From Takakia lepidozioides (taxonomy: Eukaryota; Plantae; Bryophyta): 64,000 nt of DNA. The stretch is taken from NCBI GenBank assembly GCA_030704615.1, contig CM060733.1:45012001-45076000 (forward strand), given 5' to 3'. Positions 26,760 to 40,168 of this stretch are shown here, piece by piece; positions within the stretch are counted from its first letter, which is position 1; the number at the start of each line of letters is the position of its first letter. The notes beneath the pieces were generated by a model. That model saw only the letters and a list, made by a program, of their open reading frames with translations. It ran no database searches and was not told the DNA's origin. The translations under genes and the position numbers were made by a program.

Positions 26760-26905
26760 GGAAAAACATCCACCATTGCCTTGGCGTAGACACTAACCAA
26801 ATCTAATTAATCACAAGGCATTGGATGGCAGAACTCCGGCACGCAAGGATTTTAAAATTTTCCCCTCTAATACTCTTCAATAAAGTTTCCAGGGCACTGT
26901 TCACA
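26760..26905 (+). mobile_element. LINE-like 3'-terminal tail downstream of GMP
   Basis: Shares (G)GG.TTTT.AATTTT.CCCCTCTAATA with LINE B and CAATAAAGTT..CAGGG..CTGTTCAC with the LINE A terminus. A copy lies at ~54435-54583. Confidence 0.55.
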
Positions 26906-28033
26906 CAATCCAAACTGCCAAAATGTAGGCCACAAAGGGGGTGATTCTTTCAGGTCCTGAATGTGTTTGCAAGACGCTGGAAATAGATCAAGTTCTGGCT
27001 GAAAGTCTGAAACAATCTCCTCTTTGCTTTCTCTTGCACATGATAAACTGTCAAGATGCACACATACATGTAAATAAGAGAAGGGTTTACGTTGGAATGT
27101 GATCGTCAACCAGCCAGGGGGGGGTTTGCTTATAAAGCACAACAGAAGCCTTCCACAAAACTCATAACTATTTTGCCAGTAAATAGGTCTATTCAACGGG
27201 GATATATTACATTAACTCAATAACCATCCTACAAAAACCACCAGACAACTGCTCATCCAGATACTCAGCAGAACAAAAAAGCCTTCCACCCACCCCTCCT
27301 TCAGCACAACACAGCACAATCCAATCAGCAGAGTAAGAAACCTGTCAAACACCCCAGAAAAAAATGATGCAGCTTGCAATCGTTCATCCAGACACTCGCC
27401 ATGGTCAGACATTTGTATGTTGCATGTTGTTGGAGGAGCAGCCGGTCAGTTTAAAACACCACATCCATCACTGATGGGTGAACTATGATAAGCTGATGGC
27501 TGTTCGTCCAATGACAGGCAGCACGCCAGTTTTTGACCAAAGTCTAGACAAACAGACACAACCATTCACAAAAACTTCAACCCAACAAAAACTGCCATGA
27601 CAAGTTGACAACCACTCAAAGCAAAGCCAAAAAGCCTCCTATTGAGCAGACCAAGAAAGCTTGTCGAACACCCCAAACACCCCAGACAACGATGAGGCTT
27701 GCAATGCATCTAAAGTCGCGTGCCACTGTCCAGACAACCCGTGGTGCCGAGATTCTACAAACCTGGCTACCACACCCTCCCTCTGGTAGACGATTGACAA
27801 TCAGCCCCCACAGTACACTAGCCCTGGCTTTCTCAAGCCATACATAGGTTGAGTAGTGTGCTGTGGTGCACCCTACTATTGGCTCAAATGGAGGGTCATT
27901 GATCCAAAACCCAATATGACACAGGAAGCAAGAGAAGTAGAGAGAATGTACTCATAATCCGTTGTTGGCCATAGCCTTGTGGCCATTGACCCCCGCGCCC
28001 AGTTTGAGGGGAACACAAAGAAACAGAAATTAC

Positions 28034-28144
28034 CTTTGACGGGGGCTGATGCCGGTCGTATGAAACATGCAAACCTGGAAACATGCAAGTGATCCGAGTT
28101 TTCCAGATATCCTCTAGAAATCCCTTCACACAAACATCAATCTG
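28034..28144 (-). pseudogene. Unidentified captured exon (37 codons)
   Basis: Polypyrimidine-CAG acceptor, open frame QIDVCVKGFLEDIWKTRITCMFPGLHVSYDRHQPPSK, donor AAG|GTAATT. Conserved at ~55609-55719. Confidence 0.5.
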
Positions 28145-29549
28145 CTGTGTAGAGAAGTAGAGAGACAAAGACAGAGTGGTAACAGACAGCCGCAATCCAG
28201 GTTAGACGTGCTTGATGCCTACACAGAGTGCTTCTGGAGCTATGTATGAACCATTGACTTTCATTCCATGAGAATTGAAGGCCTGTGTAGGCCCATAGCA
28301 AAAACTATCCATGGGTAATTCAGCTACCAAACTTGTTCCAGCTCTGCAAAGAAGCTGTAAAACATCGTAAAGGATTTCTTTTTTCTACCTAGTTCTCAGA
28401 TGTCACTACCTTCGTATGTGAAAAACCTTTCTTCTCCATACTTCAGAATGAAACCAAACAGAACAGCTCCCCATCGCAGTGAAGCATTGAACCACATTTT
28501 GATGTCAGTTTTGATACACACTTTGGAACTGCAATTGATCAACAAATAGGACAGAGTTATTAGCAGGATTGCAGGTCCAAATCCCCTTCAATCGGGCATC
28601 ATCACACATCTCTCATTCCATTTCTTCAGCAACATCAACTTCACTGTTGCCGCCGCACACGCGATTATGTACAAAACCAGCATTGAGAATGATGTAAAAG
28701 AAAATATCAAACTGGTTTCGCAGTGTAAAGCGCCCTCGGGCGGGTCGTCAAATCGTGGTCGTGGAAACTCCTCGAGGGCAGGTGCTCTACATATGCATAA
28801 AGCATAGACTCTCGTTGCAGAAGCTCCTACCATGCAAATATACTTGCTGATGTATGGTTGTCTCATATTTCAATAGCGTCACACACTTGTGCATAAAGTG
28901 ACTGAGACCATCAGTGACTTAGAAAGCTAGTGTGTTCTCATACGCTTAATTGGTGTGAAGTATTGACAGCAGGGGAGGCAAGAACATGAACATCTGCACA
29001 AGCGCAGCATAGTTCATGGAGAGGAACAGAGATGACTTTTACGCCTCCAACTCCCTTCTTCAACACCAGAGAGAAATCAACAAGTTACCTGAGATATCTG
29101 GCACAGCCAGCGGACAAAAATGCATGGTTGTTTTTGTCGGTGTTCCATGAGCCGTAAGCTTTCACAGGCTGCGCCTAAGCCTGCTTCATCTTGTCACATT
29201 GTGCAAGCTGCACAGGATTTCATCACATCGATTCATCCATCCATTGTTCACGAAATAGAGAATCACGGGGGGTGGAGTTCCCGACGGAGGATTTTAGGGA
29301 TCCAAGAGATGGCGGGGAAGGAGTGAGGGGGTGCGTGCAGGCGCGGGACGGACATCCACCACACCTCGCAGGCTGCCTGCCTGGATTCTCACACTGCACC
29401 ACCAACTTCGGCCATCCACTGTGTCTCGTATGTTTTTGCTTGCAACCCGCGTGCGCTACTTGGGGCTGTAAGCTGCAGCTTGTCCAGTGAATCCATCTGC
29501 TACTTTGCCTTGTCATTCGATCATACATATTCCCTTGCTCCGGGTAGGG

Positions 29550-31415
29550 ATGGAGCAGAGCGGGGCAGCTGTTGCGGCAGAAGCGTTTCTAAGCGGGCTT
29601 GAAAAGCAAGTATCCGAGCAATCGAATGCCGCTCCCTGGCAGAAACAGGAAGATTACAGTGGGTATGGTGGATTGAATCAACAGGGGTCAGGTTTTCCTA
29701 CTCAAAATGGGCAGTCTGGTTCCGCTGGCTATGCCTCCTATGTAGGCCCAGTAGACATGGGAGTGCAACAGCAGGCTTCGATGCAGTCACGCACCGACAC
29801 ATATGGCCAGGTAGGAGGATTTCAAGAGCAAAAGAATCACTCAGACGATTATTCTTCTCAGTATGTATCTCGGGTGGAAGATGGAAGGGGGCCGGGAGGA
29901 AGGTAACAGGGTATACAACTACGAAGATCCTGCAGGAGATGGAAGTGAGGGCTGCACAAAAGGGGTCGGTGCTGGCGACGAAGATAGCGGTGGCGAGGGA
30001 GATGGAGTCCAGTTTTTTCCGACCCCTGCTGGGCAGCCTGGGGACAGTGAAGGAGGACTAGAGAATGATCAGTTGAACGATGAAAACTTGGGCTTCGCCG
30101 GGGATGGAAGCTCCGGTAAAAGGCGGCGGAGTCGTTGGGGTCCTCAAGCAGAAGGAGAGGGCGATGTAACTGACATTGAAGGTGTAGGAGGAAAGAAACG
30201 AAATCCCGATGGGCATCTGACGAGCCCAAAAATGCTCTCTTCGGCCAGATTCAGCTCCCAGATTTTGTGAAGGAGTTGACTGGTGGGGTAGATTTGGACC
30301 CTGAGCTTCAGGCTCTTAACATTCAGCTTCTGGACATCAATAGGAAGCTCCAGACGGGGATGGTGGTTGATTTTCAAGGAGATGGTGGCCGATCACCTTC
30401 TCCCGAGCCTATCTATGACAACATGGGCATCAGAATTAATACTCGAGAATACAGGGCTCGGGAGAAGTTGACGCGGGAAAGGCAGGAAGTGATTGCTTTG
30501 CTGATCAAGAAGAATCCGGCGTTCAAACCTCCAGCCGATTACAAACCTTTGAAGCAGTACAAGAAGCTTTACATCCCCGTCAAAGAAATACCCTGGATAT
30601 AATTTTATTGGACTGATCATTGGTCCCCGCGGTAACACTCAAAAACGGATGGAGAGAGAGACGGGGGCGAAGATTGTGATAAGGGGTAAAGGGTCCGTGA
30701 AGGAGGGGCGCTCAGCACAGAAACGTGATCTGAAGCCTGACCCTTCTGAGAATGAGGACTTGCATGTGCTGGTCGAAGCAGATACTGCAGACGGCTTGGA
30801 GAAGGCTGCAGGGATGGTGGAAAAGCTTTTACTCCCTGTGGAAGAGGGTAGGAATGAGCATAAGAGAGCCCAGTTGCGGGAGCTTGCAGCATTAAATGGG
30901 ACAATACGAGATGATGAGTACTGTCGCCTCTGTGGGGAGCCTGGCCACAGGCAGTACGCCTGTCCAGCCCGGCACTCCACCTTTAAGAGCGACGTGTCTT
31001 GTCGCATCTGTGGTGATGGAGGTCACCCAACCATTGACTGTCCCTTGAAAGGTTCAGCTCAAGGAAGCAAGATGGATGATGAGTACAAAAGCTTCCTGGC
31101 CGAACTTGGAGGGGCTGATGCTGAAGGGGGGACTCCTGGTGGAAATGGGGGCGGGGAAATTGGCTCCAACCGACAGACTGGCTGCCCCTCAATTTACCAG
31201 GTCCACAAGGGGGAAGCGGCCTTCCATGGACAGGGGGTACTGCAGGTGGGGGTATGATAGGGTTTGTTGGCCCAGTGGTGGAGGTGGGATGGGGTTGGCA
31301 TGGGAGGCGGTGGCGGTATGGGAGGATCATTGGGAGGGTTTGGTGGAGGAGGGGGCATGGGTCCTCCTATGGGTTCAGGTGGTGGGATGCCCATGCAACA
31401 ACCACAGGGCTTTGG
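29550..31415 (+). pseudogene. SF1: Splicing factor 1 / branchpoint-binding protein, frameshifted and 3'-truncated
   Basis: KRRRSRW; [22 protein letters not shown]; KH domain [47 protein letters not shown]; QUA2 [11 protein letters not shown]; two CCHC knuckles; [12 protein letters not shown]. About six 1-bp indels; cut off by the palindrome array at 31417. Confidence 0.92.
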
Positions 31416-31416
31416 A

Positions 31417-31545
31417 AACTCAAGTGTTTGCCAATATTGCAGCGGTCATTTTTTTATATTCTTAATATTTTGAAAATAGCAAGGCGGTCGCGTTTAATCT
31501 TTATATTTTTCAGTTTAAGTGACCGTCAATGTGGCGGTCGTTTTC

Positions 31546-31548
<3 letters not shown>
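31417..31548 (-). repeat. Inverted, internally shortened copy of the palindrome array
   Basis: Its reverse complement matches 8297-8360 at 57/64 nt, then the 8380-8400 and 8652-8690 units. Confidence 0.85.
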
Positions 31549-31576
<28 letters not shown>

Positions 31577-32783
31577 GTGAACAGGGGGATTAGGCCCTGA
31601 TTAACTTTATTGTAATGTATTTGTGGGACAAAGCCCTTACATATTATTTGAGATTATTCGGGGGAAAAAACTAAAACCCCTTAGACGCCATAAGGCACCC
31701 ACACCGTAATCAGTGAAAAGATAACTGTGGTGGAGAATTTAACTGGCGAACATTGCAGCCTCAAATGCAACTAAGCAAGGGAGAGCATGAAAACTGAATC
31801 AAAAGAGTAAGTTACCATCAAACAGGGATAGGAAAAAAAAGTTATAGAGACGAAGTTGTCTTTAAGACCTTATCCGACCAAAAGATTCCCTAGGGATTAG
31901 CCACGATCTATCCTTCTTGGCTCAAACTATTCAACGATAGTTGAGTTTCGAGGGTTTTGCCGAGGTCTTCAAGTGTTGACCTCACGACCGAACTCTGGGG
32001 ATACTGTGGACTGTTGAGTGTTGTTTTTCCAATGTAGGGGTGGAAGCTCTGGCCATGTACATGAGTCCTCTGAAGTGGTGACACAGATGAGCTCGTGGTG
32101 AGCCCAGGTGTTCCTAAATTTCTCGTAGATGGAGGGAGCTCCTTGCAAATTGCGGTGCATATCTACACAAAAGTTTAACCCAGGCTTTGTGTAATTCGAT
32201 GATCAAATCATAGAAAACAAGGGCCAAAATGGTGGAGATTGAGGAGGTGGAGTTAGAGAATGATTTTGAGCATGATCGGACTTTCCAAAGATGCCACAAG
32301 ACTGAGCCCCTAAGAGATTCAAACACAGGGTAGGAGATGGCTTTTTGCTTAGTGAGGGGGTCATAGTTTAGCAGCAGGTCCGTGACTGAGAGACACCTTG
32401 GGCTCTAGTGATGGTAGAAACCTTTGATGAAGGGCCAGATGTTCCTAGGGGCTAGGCAGGTAAGGAGCGCGTGCTCTATAGATTCCAGAATACCCATTCG
32501 ACAACATTGTCAAAGGATGGCTGATTGGAATTGAAGCCCTTCTCCGACCTTAGCACTCTGTTGCCGATCTGCCAGAGAAGGGCCGCCACCTTGGCCGGGC
32601 GGGTCTTGATCCGAACTGAAGCCCAGACTATTGACCATTTTTCGTTTTGGAACCCATGGTGTTGTCATCTTGTATCCCATTTGGACTGCATGGGCTGGGC
32701 GTTCTGGATGGCTTGGTAGCCCTTCTTGGTTGAATAAATGTAGAAGGGGTGAGGCCCTCTGGGGAAATTCCAAGACCATTCAT
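31577..32783 (-). mobile_element. LINE family A 3' fragment (inverted relative to 7045-8270)
   Basis: ORFs 32510-32779, 32114-32326 and 31969-32160 mirror 7048-7278 and 7531-7839; the 3' end abuts (TA)n. Confidence 0.9.
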
Positions 32784-34720
32784 CAGTAGTCCTCAACCTT
32801 GATGATCCGGATGTGTGGACATAAGCATGTGCCCAGCGCGCAGAGTTGTTCAAGAGAGTAATGCCTATGGCTTTTGATAATCATGTTATTGCCCAACACC
32901 GAGACACATTGAGGTATGTCACTATACGTGGAGGGGGATATCGGCCAGATGTTTGGCGTTTCCACCCTGGGGACTATTTGTATCTGCTGCAGATAGTACC
33001 TACGACATTGGATGTCGCAGCAGGACTATGATTCTAAGGGTGAGGGAGGTGTTGCCTTCAGGAGTGTTAATTATAGAGGATCGAGATGGCTTGGTATGGA
33101 AGGACCATGTACGCTATGTCACCTTCTACATGTGGATGGGATGATAGATCCCAACCTTGCAGTGGTACCTGCAGGATTGCGTTGCATGCTATGTGGGCAT
33201 GCTCGTGGTGCCGCCACTATGCTGGTGTGTGATCCATGCTCAAGAGGTTAGCACAGGGGATGCTTGACACCACCTCCTGACATGATTCATAATGGAGATT
33301 GGTTATGTCCACACTGCTTGGGATAGTGGCAGTGGATATGACTAATGGCAGCTAACAAGACATGGGAGGCCAAGCTCATAGGAGTCAATACCTGAGATCT
33401 CAGGCTCAAGTTCACAGACTAATGATGAGGCAACTCTTGTACCCGGCCTCTTGATCTATCGAGTTTGAGTGTAGTAGGGACAGTGGTGGAGGACGTAGTG
33501 AGGCTATGGCCACTATCACATCTTGTGGCTACCTAGACTTAGAGGGACCTAAGCGCCAGCTATGGGGGCGATTGTGATGGACTAGTGGCTTCGTCCTGAG
33601 GTTACACGATCATAGTATGTGAACGGAAGCACGTAGCTTCCGCGTTAGTCCGCACTACAAGACAACCCCCTCAGTAGCGTAGTTCCCCCACGAGACCCTC
33701 GCTCAATTTGGGCCTACTGGAAATTCCCTTTGGTTGTTGGCAGTCCAGAACAGCTCCCTACACCTTGGTCGTTTTCCGGCTCGCACGCTTACTCACTAGT
33801 TTTTGGTCACCAACGGGCTTGCACCGTTCTCGGGGTTACTACTCCATATATATATACTTCTGTGACTGTCCGCGGGGATTTCACAAACAACCCAGTCATT
33901 TTATGGCGAACCATCACGAAAACCTCGATTCCCGGTGATGAGTCGCGGTGAGTCTTGGCCCACCTACCACGGCCCCATTGGACCGTGATGAGTCCCAAGA
34001 CTCCCCACGACTCCCCACGACTCCCCACGACTCCCACCACAAGGTCTCTGCCCCATGGTGAGTCCTATGCCACCCCCACTAAGATCCACTAAGCTACCAC
34101 CACCCCTCGTGGAACCACCCCCACTGCAACCCAGTGTGTGGGGCTCCACCTAGTAAGCGCCTCCGCCTCCTTGAGTGCCTTGGGCACTCAAGAGTGCTTC
34201 AACCCCCGTATCTATTGTTGCCACTGCCCCCACCACAGGGGCAGCCCTCTTGTGTCTCGACCCCTTGCCCTCAAGGCAAAGGGCCGCGACACTAATGGTG
34301 CACTAGTGGTGGACTAGTGATAGACTAATGTTTGGTGTGCACATGTGTTGTGTGGTTTTGGACAGCGATGTAGTTGTGTAGCGATATGTATGCACACGAC
34401 AGCTGTCAAGTTATTTTACCACTAGTGTGAAGTTAGCTAGGAAATATCTAGCTTTTATATATTGACATTTGGGAGTGACCCAAGTGTCAATCCAGGGGCC
34501 AATACATGTTTGGGCACCTGACGTTGTTATCTTCACGGCAGATTGCGGTGGGCTCATTTTTCTCGAGTTGACCCTCACCGCGTCTAGCTATGGCGCCGTA
34601 GTGTGGATTCCCCATGGCGTGGGGTGCACTTGGCTCGACTTCATATATGAGTGATGTTTTCATGTGCAAGTATGTGAGTTTGAGAGAGTTTGTGTGCTTG
34701 TATCATTTCTTTATTTATCA
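32784..34720 (+). mobile_element. Gypsy-type retroelement 3' part: integrase C-terminus with PHD finger, PPT and probable 3' LTR from 33573
   Basis: AQHRDTLRY..RFHPGDYLYL..ILRVREVLPSGVL..CMLCG....ATMLVCDPCSRG*HRGCLTPP....GDWLCPHC* (C4HC3); ATGGGGGCGAT then TGTGATGG. The LTR end is approximate. Confidence 0.75.
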
Positions 34721-34721
34721 A

Positions 34722-34870
34722 TGTGATGGACTACTGGCAGCCTAGTGATGGACTAGTGGCTGCACTAGTGTTGGCTAGTGGCAACCTAGTGGTGGACTAG
34801 TGGCTGCACTAGTGGTTGTCTAGTGGCAGCGTAATGATGCACTAGTGGTGGACTAGTGATAGACTAGTGT
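34722..34870. repeat. ~11-bp CTAGTGG tandem repeat
   Basis: ggactagtggc tgcactagtg ttggctagtgg caacctagtgg...; 34290-34400 is duplicated at 34835-34940. Confidence 0.85.
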
Positions 34871-34941
34871 TTGGTGTGCACATGTGTTGTGTGGTTTTGG
34901 ACAGTGATGTAGTTGTGTAGCGATATGTATGCGCATGACAT

Positions 34942-37900
34942 ATACCATGGATGTGTATCGCCGTTTGGATGAAACGGGTCATTTCTAGGCTAAGCAAATA
35001 TGGGGCTTTACTTCTGTGAAGCCTACCCCCCACGAAAAATCCTGAGCTCATAATTGGGAAATATCACCCTCCACTGCTGGGTAAAAAACCTACCAAGGAA
35101 AAACCTGGCACCTACACGTTGGGCTGAGGACAAAACCCTTGGCTAGGAAAACCGTGCAGGGAGTACAGATGGTGATAGGCCATGTAACTAAAATGTTTCT
35201 AAGTCCTAGAGAGGTCAAGTCCTAGGACCCTAAGAGTCACCAAACGCAAACGAAGACTAAGCCGCTGAGAAGAGAAGAGGATCAAGCTGAAGTAGATCGG
35301 CTAAGAAGATCAAGACATCACCCCACCGTGCACCCCTCCACATTGATACACGTAAGATCAAAAACTAATTTGGAATGCAACAAGTCTGTCAAGGAAACAG
35401 TTTCATCCCGCACTTCAATATTAGAGCATTATGGAAGAAGGAGAGCACGTCACCTACGTAAAATCTAATAGATCAAGTCTGGATCGTCGATCTGGAGCTT
35501 AGATTTGCATGCATGCTTGCCATGCTGTAATCGAATGCACACGGTCTATCCCACCCCAAACATGTTAGAATTACGTTTGTTCAAATTATAGCCCCTGGGT
35601 TAGCTGAGCCTTACCAATGTTCGTTTTGGCATCATGGATAGACACTACATGCCGAGCATGAAGATCCTCAACAAAGGTCTCAAGATCAATCGGATCAGCA
35701 ACAGTAGAGATAAGAGGGGTAGAATGCAAATGAAAGGTATCTCACTCCCTGGTAAGTGCGCCATTCTTCTATAACATTCGGCAAAGAGTTTGGTTGAAGT
35801 GTTCCGTGAGGACATTGGTCTGGGGATGGTATGGGGCGGTGGTGGAATGCTTAACACCGAAGTTGAAGCAAATCACCGTGAAGAGCTGGTTACAAAACTC
35901 CTTGCCTTGATCCGTTAGTATCTCCTGAGGACACCGATGCCGCATAAGGTTCGCATTGAAGAAGAACTGAGCTACATCATCACTAGCCTTGGAACGCAAA
36001 GACCGGACTTCTACCCACTTAGTCAAGTAGTTGGTAGCAACACAAAGGTAGCTTCGACCCTTTGACATGAGTGCGAGGGGTTCTACCAAGTCAATGCCAA
36101 CGCGAGCAAAAGCATGGGTGACAGGCAAAGGCTGCAGTTCATGCAAGATCCAGGCCCTAGGGAGAGCAATGTTAGCACGACAACAACCTTCACACTTAGA
36201 GATGAATTCCGTGACGTCTCCGTGAATTCCCAGCCAATAGTATACCTCTTGGATACGGGCCACAGTTTTCTTGATACCAAGGTGACGTGCATACAAGGAA
36301 CAATGGAAACGCTTCAATAAAGCATTCAGCTGGCTCCGTGGTGGCACTTCCAAGTAGCATGGCACTCCCCCGCTAGTGAGCTCCTTGAAAAGCTTATCAC
36401 CCATGAAACGGTGAGTAGATATATAATAGAGGATTTGTTTATGCAAGGACTCGGAAATGCCAGCTGGCGAACACCCTGATTGGAATCGTTGGAGTAGCGC
36501 AGCATGCAGCTGATTATCCATGTTTGCACTTTAAGCAACATGATATAGAAAGTAGGCCGAGCGCTCGGCGAGCTGTCATCTGGAACCCAAGTGAAAGTGG
36601 AACAATATACCACCCTCAGCACCTTGTGTGACTGTAACTCGTAGACTCCCAACGCCAGCCGCTCCCAACCGTGAGCTCCCTTAAGCCAAAAACCAACGCC
36701 GATTGTATCACCCTCTCTCCATGTGCACGAAAGCACAGCCGAGCTCGGATACTCACTCAATCACTCAAACGCACTCGGGCAAGCCACTCGCTGTGAAGCA
36801 GAGGTAGTACCCACACCCAAGACTACTAAATCAGATGACTGCACCGTCAAGGCCCCACCCTTCAGACCATCAACCAACTGAGAATAAATAGGCGCCAAGG
36901 CGCAGGGCCGGAGCTGAAACCGTAGTGCCCTCAAGATCAAAGCTCCCGTGCCTTGTAACATTAATGACAACCAACTTCGTCCTACTACACCAAGGCCATG
37001 ATGAAGCTCCGAACACCAGAGAGAGGTAAATACAAACCAACTTCTAACCAGGTCAATTCACGATGGTGCAGAAAATGCGACTTAAACCTTCTGGACAACA
37101 AACGTTCTTCGTTACGTAACTCGAATTCTCTCTTAGCAAGTTGTCTGGCTCTGGACACCACCGCACCAGGCTCAAGCAAAGGTCTCGTGAACATGGCCTC
37201 GTGATGACTGGTTAATGCAGCAAGGTCACCCACGACAACTCTTTCTATACGCTCAAACCAAAGCTGATCCTCGTCATATATCTCACACAACAGATCATCT
37301 ACTTCCTGCGACAACTCGATATATCTCTCTAATTCTGCTGCCTGCTACATACTCTCGAAATATTCAGGTCCAGGATCAACAAAGTTATCAAAATTATAGT
37401 ATTCCGGATCATAATTATCTAGAGCTGTCAGATTTCTCGAACCTTGGTGACCACGCCTCTGCCTCATCTAAATTGTCTTAATCACTACCACCAGGAGAAC
37501 CCAATGAAACAACAAGGGCTGGAACACAAGTAGTTGGTTCAAGGAGAGGCGACGCTGGTAAGGCAACACTGTCAGGCCGTGCGCCGTTGGTCGTGTTAGC
37601 AACAACAAGAACGTTTGGCAGAGTCAGAAACGATAGGGTTGGTTTCAACAAGAGGAGGAGTAACAGGAACGACACCAACAGAACAAAGAGTGACAGCAGG
37701 GTTAGTTTCTACACTAGGATTTGTTTCAATAACAAGTTCCACACTAATCTGAAGAAGCAAGCTCTCCCCTTCTCTACGAGCTACACCAGACAAGTCTCGA
37801 ACAGTAGCCATTCCCTGCAACCACACCCCAATGCGCAATGTGAGACGGTGATATCACAATAGCAGGACAAAATATGGCAAGGCGAGGAGCTGCCATTGAT

Positions 37901-38453
37901 AACACGCATTAGCGAACAGGATATAGAGCAGATCCCGCAAAAAAGACCTAACTGACCCGGATAGCGCGGGCAAGATCCACCAATGCCTATGGTACCCGGC
38001 GTCTCCACCATAAAACAAGCCTGAAGCATATACTCATTTCCTCACAAGAAGCAATGTTTCACAACAAAAGGGTGAGCGGAAAGAGCAAACAACTCGCGAG
38101 AGGAGGATCAAACACACGGATCTGACACAAAGCAGCTCTCATCCAAAGCTTATACACCAAATCACATATACACTAACACCCGAGTACACCGCCCTGACCT
38201 TGTGTCAGGGCGACGTCTTTATACAAAAGCCCTAGCTTTAGTGGCCCGCCGCAAGCCAAAGCCCACGGCGCCGCCTTGTAGCCCTAGATCTGATGAAGGG
38301 CCAGGATGTCGCCACCAGCCCAAAACTAACCCTAACCTAGATATCATTGTAACGGTTTAACGGCTTTATACGCCAAAAATTAATACTGTGGATGTGTATC
38401 GCCGTTTGGATGAAACGGGTCATTTCTAGGCTAAGCAAATATGGGGATTTACA
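34942..38453 (-). mobile_element. Integrase-only LTR element, copy 1 (5' LTR 38011-38453; 3' LTR truncated, 34942-35012)
   Basis: Inverted homologue of 59456-63085. PBS TGGTGGAGACGCCGGG. Integrase ORF 35769-36521 with HLGIKKT..YYW..CEGC, GIDLV, ILTDQGKEF and PYHPQTN..EHFNQTL. Confidence 0.88.
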
Positions 38454-38890
38454 AGCCGCATTGACGTTGTGATACTCGACTAGCCCTCCACCCACCTGCA
38501 GATATGTCCTCACGCCAGAGCTGAAAGACGGCCATCAAGCCCTAGTCTGTGAACCAGCTATTAAGTGTGCAATAATTTGTCCATGTCGCACAATGTCAAG
38601 GGTGATATTGCATTGGTAACAGGCATGGATCTAGGAGAGAGTGTGGTCTGATCATCTGTGCATGCTCGACACTGTCAAAAATCCAACTAATAGAAGGCGC
38701 CTTGTTGATTCAAGTGGAAAGGGAGGCGCGACATCTATGCCATACATGATATTTCCCCACACAAGCTCTACGAAAGGGTGTTCCGAGAACACCAGGAACA
38801 ATTTCGAAAACTTGAAAGATCGCAGGGAACCATGTACATGCACTTGATTGATCCGTCACCTAGCTTTGGATTGAAAACTCTGCGGTGGTC

Positions 38891-40168
38891 TTTTTTTTTT
38901 TTTTTTTTTCCCCAAGGCCGTTGGCCATTTAGTTTATTAGAGGGGAAAAAAATAAACCCCATTGATGCCATAAGGCATGACCACATCAGCTGGACGAGGG
39001 ACGAGCCCAGACGAAAGCAAGAGAGATATGCCTAACTGGCGAAAGGCGGAAGACCGCAGAGGCCATGGGGATGAGGATGGTCGACCATTGTACAAAGGAC
39101 CCCCACTCTACAAATGATGCAGAAGTGAATGAATGATAGAGCTTGAGATACCCTTAGAAAAGCAAAGGACCATAAAACGTACCTGCCTGCCTATTAAAGC
39201 CTAGTGCATGCATGAAGCGAGCGCGATGGCAGAGGCACACGGACAATCGCTTGTCGAAGTTCAGGTTCACAAGTGATAGTACACAAGTGAACCTCCAGAT
39301 AATATCCCTGTCGAAGTCTGAGAATCAGGGTAGAAGTGTGTAGCAGTTTCCCCAGCTCCGAGGAATTGAGCTCCAGTTGCATGTGGTTGGAGAAGGACTT
39401 GTGCATAAGATTCCTTGTTTAGCCCATGACTCGATGAAGGCTCCGTAGAGGTGACACTCAGCCTATGGATGTTTGGCGATTTCTGCAGACATTTTGATCC
39501 TACGGTCCAACTGCATCTGGCTTTCCAAATGTGCCAGAGCCCAGCTGCCCTAATCGTATCAAACACCGGGCACGATGAGGCTGCTTGCTTGGTTGTTGTG
39601 TCGTAGATCGTAGCAAGTTTATTGGACTGAGCAGGGAGAGGTCATGGCATGTTAGAAGAACCATGTTAAGGAATGGCCAGACCTTAGAAGGAATGCTGCA
39701 TTGAAACAGGCAGTGTTCGAGGGTCTCTGCGACACCCAACGAGCAACATCTGCAGAGTAGAGCTTCACTGGCGAGTGCATTGATGGTGTGGGGCATTGCC
39801 GTTGCATAGTCCTCTGCGCTACTTCTTAAAATCAGGCCAAACAGCACTAATCTATCTAGCAGGTAAACAAGTGGGCAATGCCATACCCCATCAATGCTCT
39901 CTCCAGTGAAGACCGCTTCATGGATGTGGATGTCCATTTTTCATGTGAAGTAGCATGTGTGAACGGGATATAATCCAACCTTTTCCACCTCCAAGAAAGT
40001 GCCGGAGAAAGCACAAGAGCAAACCCTAGGGGGAGAAATTGGAGAGAGGTACTTAGAGAGACACAGAGAGACGACATGGGATTCATAACGGAGTTTGTGG
40101 AGGCCTGGATAAGAAGATCCATGGAGGATCCGGAGGAAAGAGATACCAAGTGGCGGACGCATCTGCAG
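38891..40168 (-). mobile_element. LINE family B 3' fragment with poly(A)
   Basis: CRCCSLGVAETLEHCLFQC..KVWPF; IRAAGLWHIWKARC; T20 tract at 38891-38909. Confidence 0.85.

Noticed and set aside
33990-34040. (ACTCCCCACG)n short tandem repeat
   Set aside because: An ordinary minisatellite inside the probable LTR.
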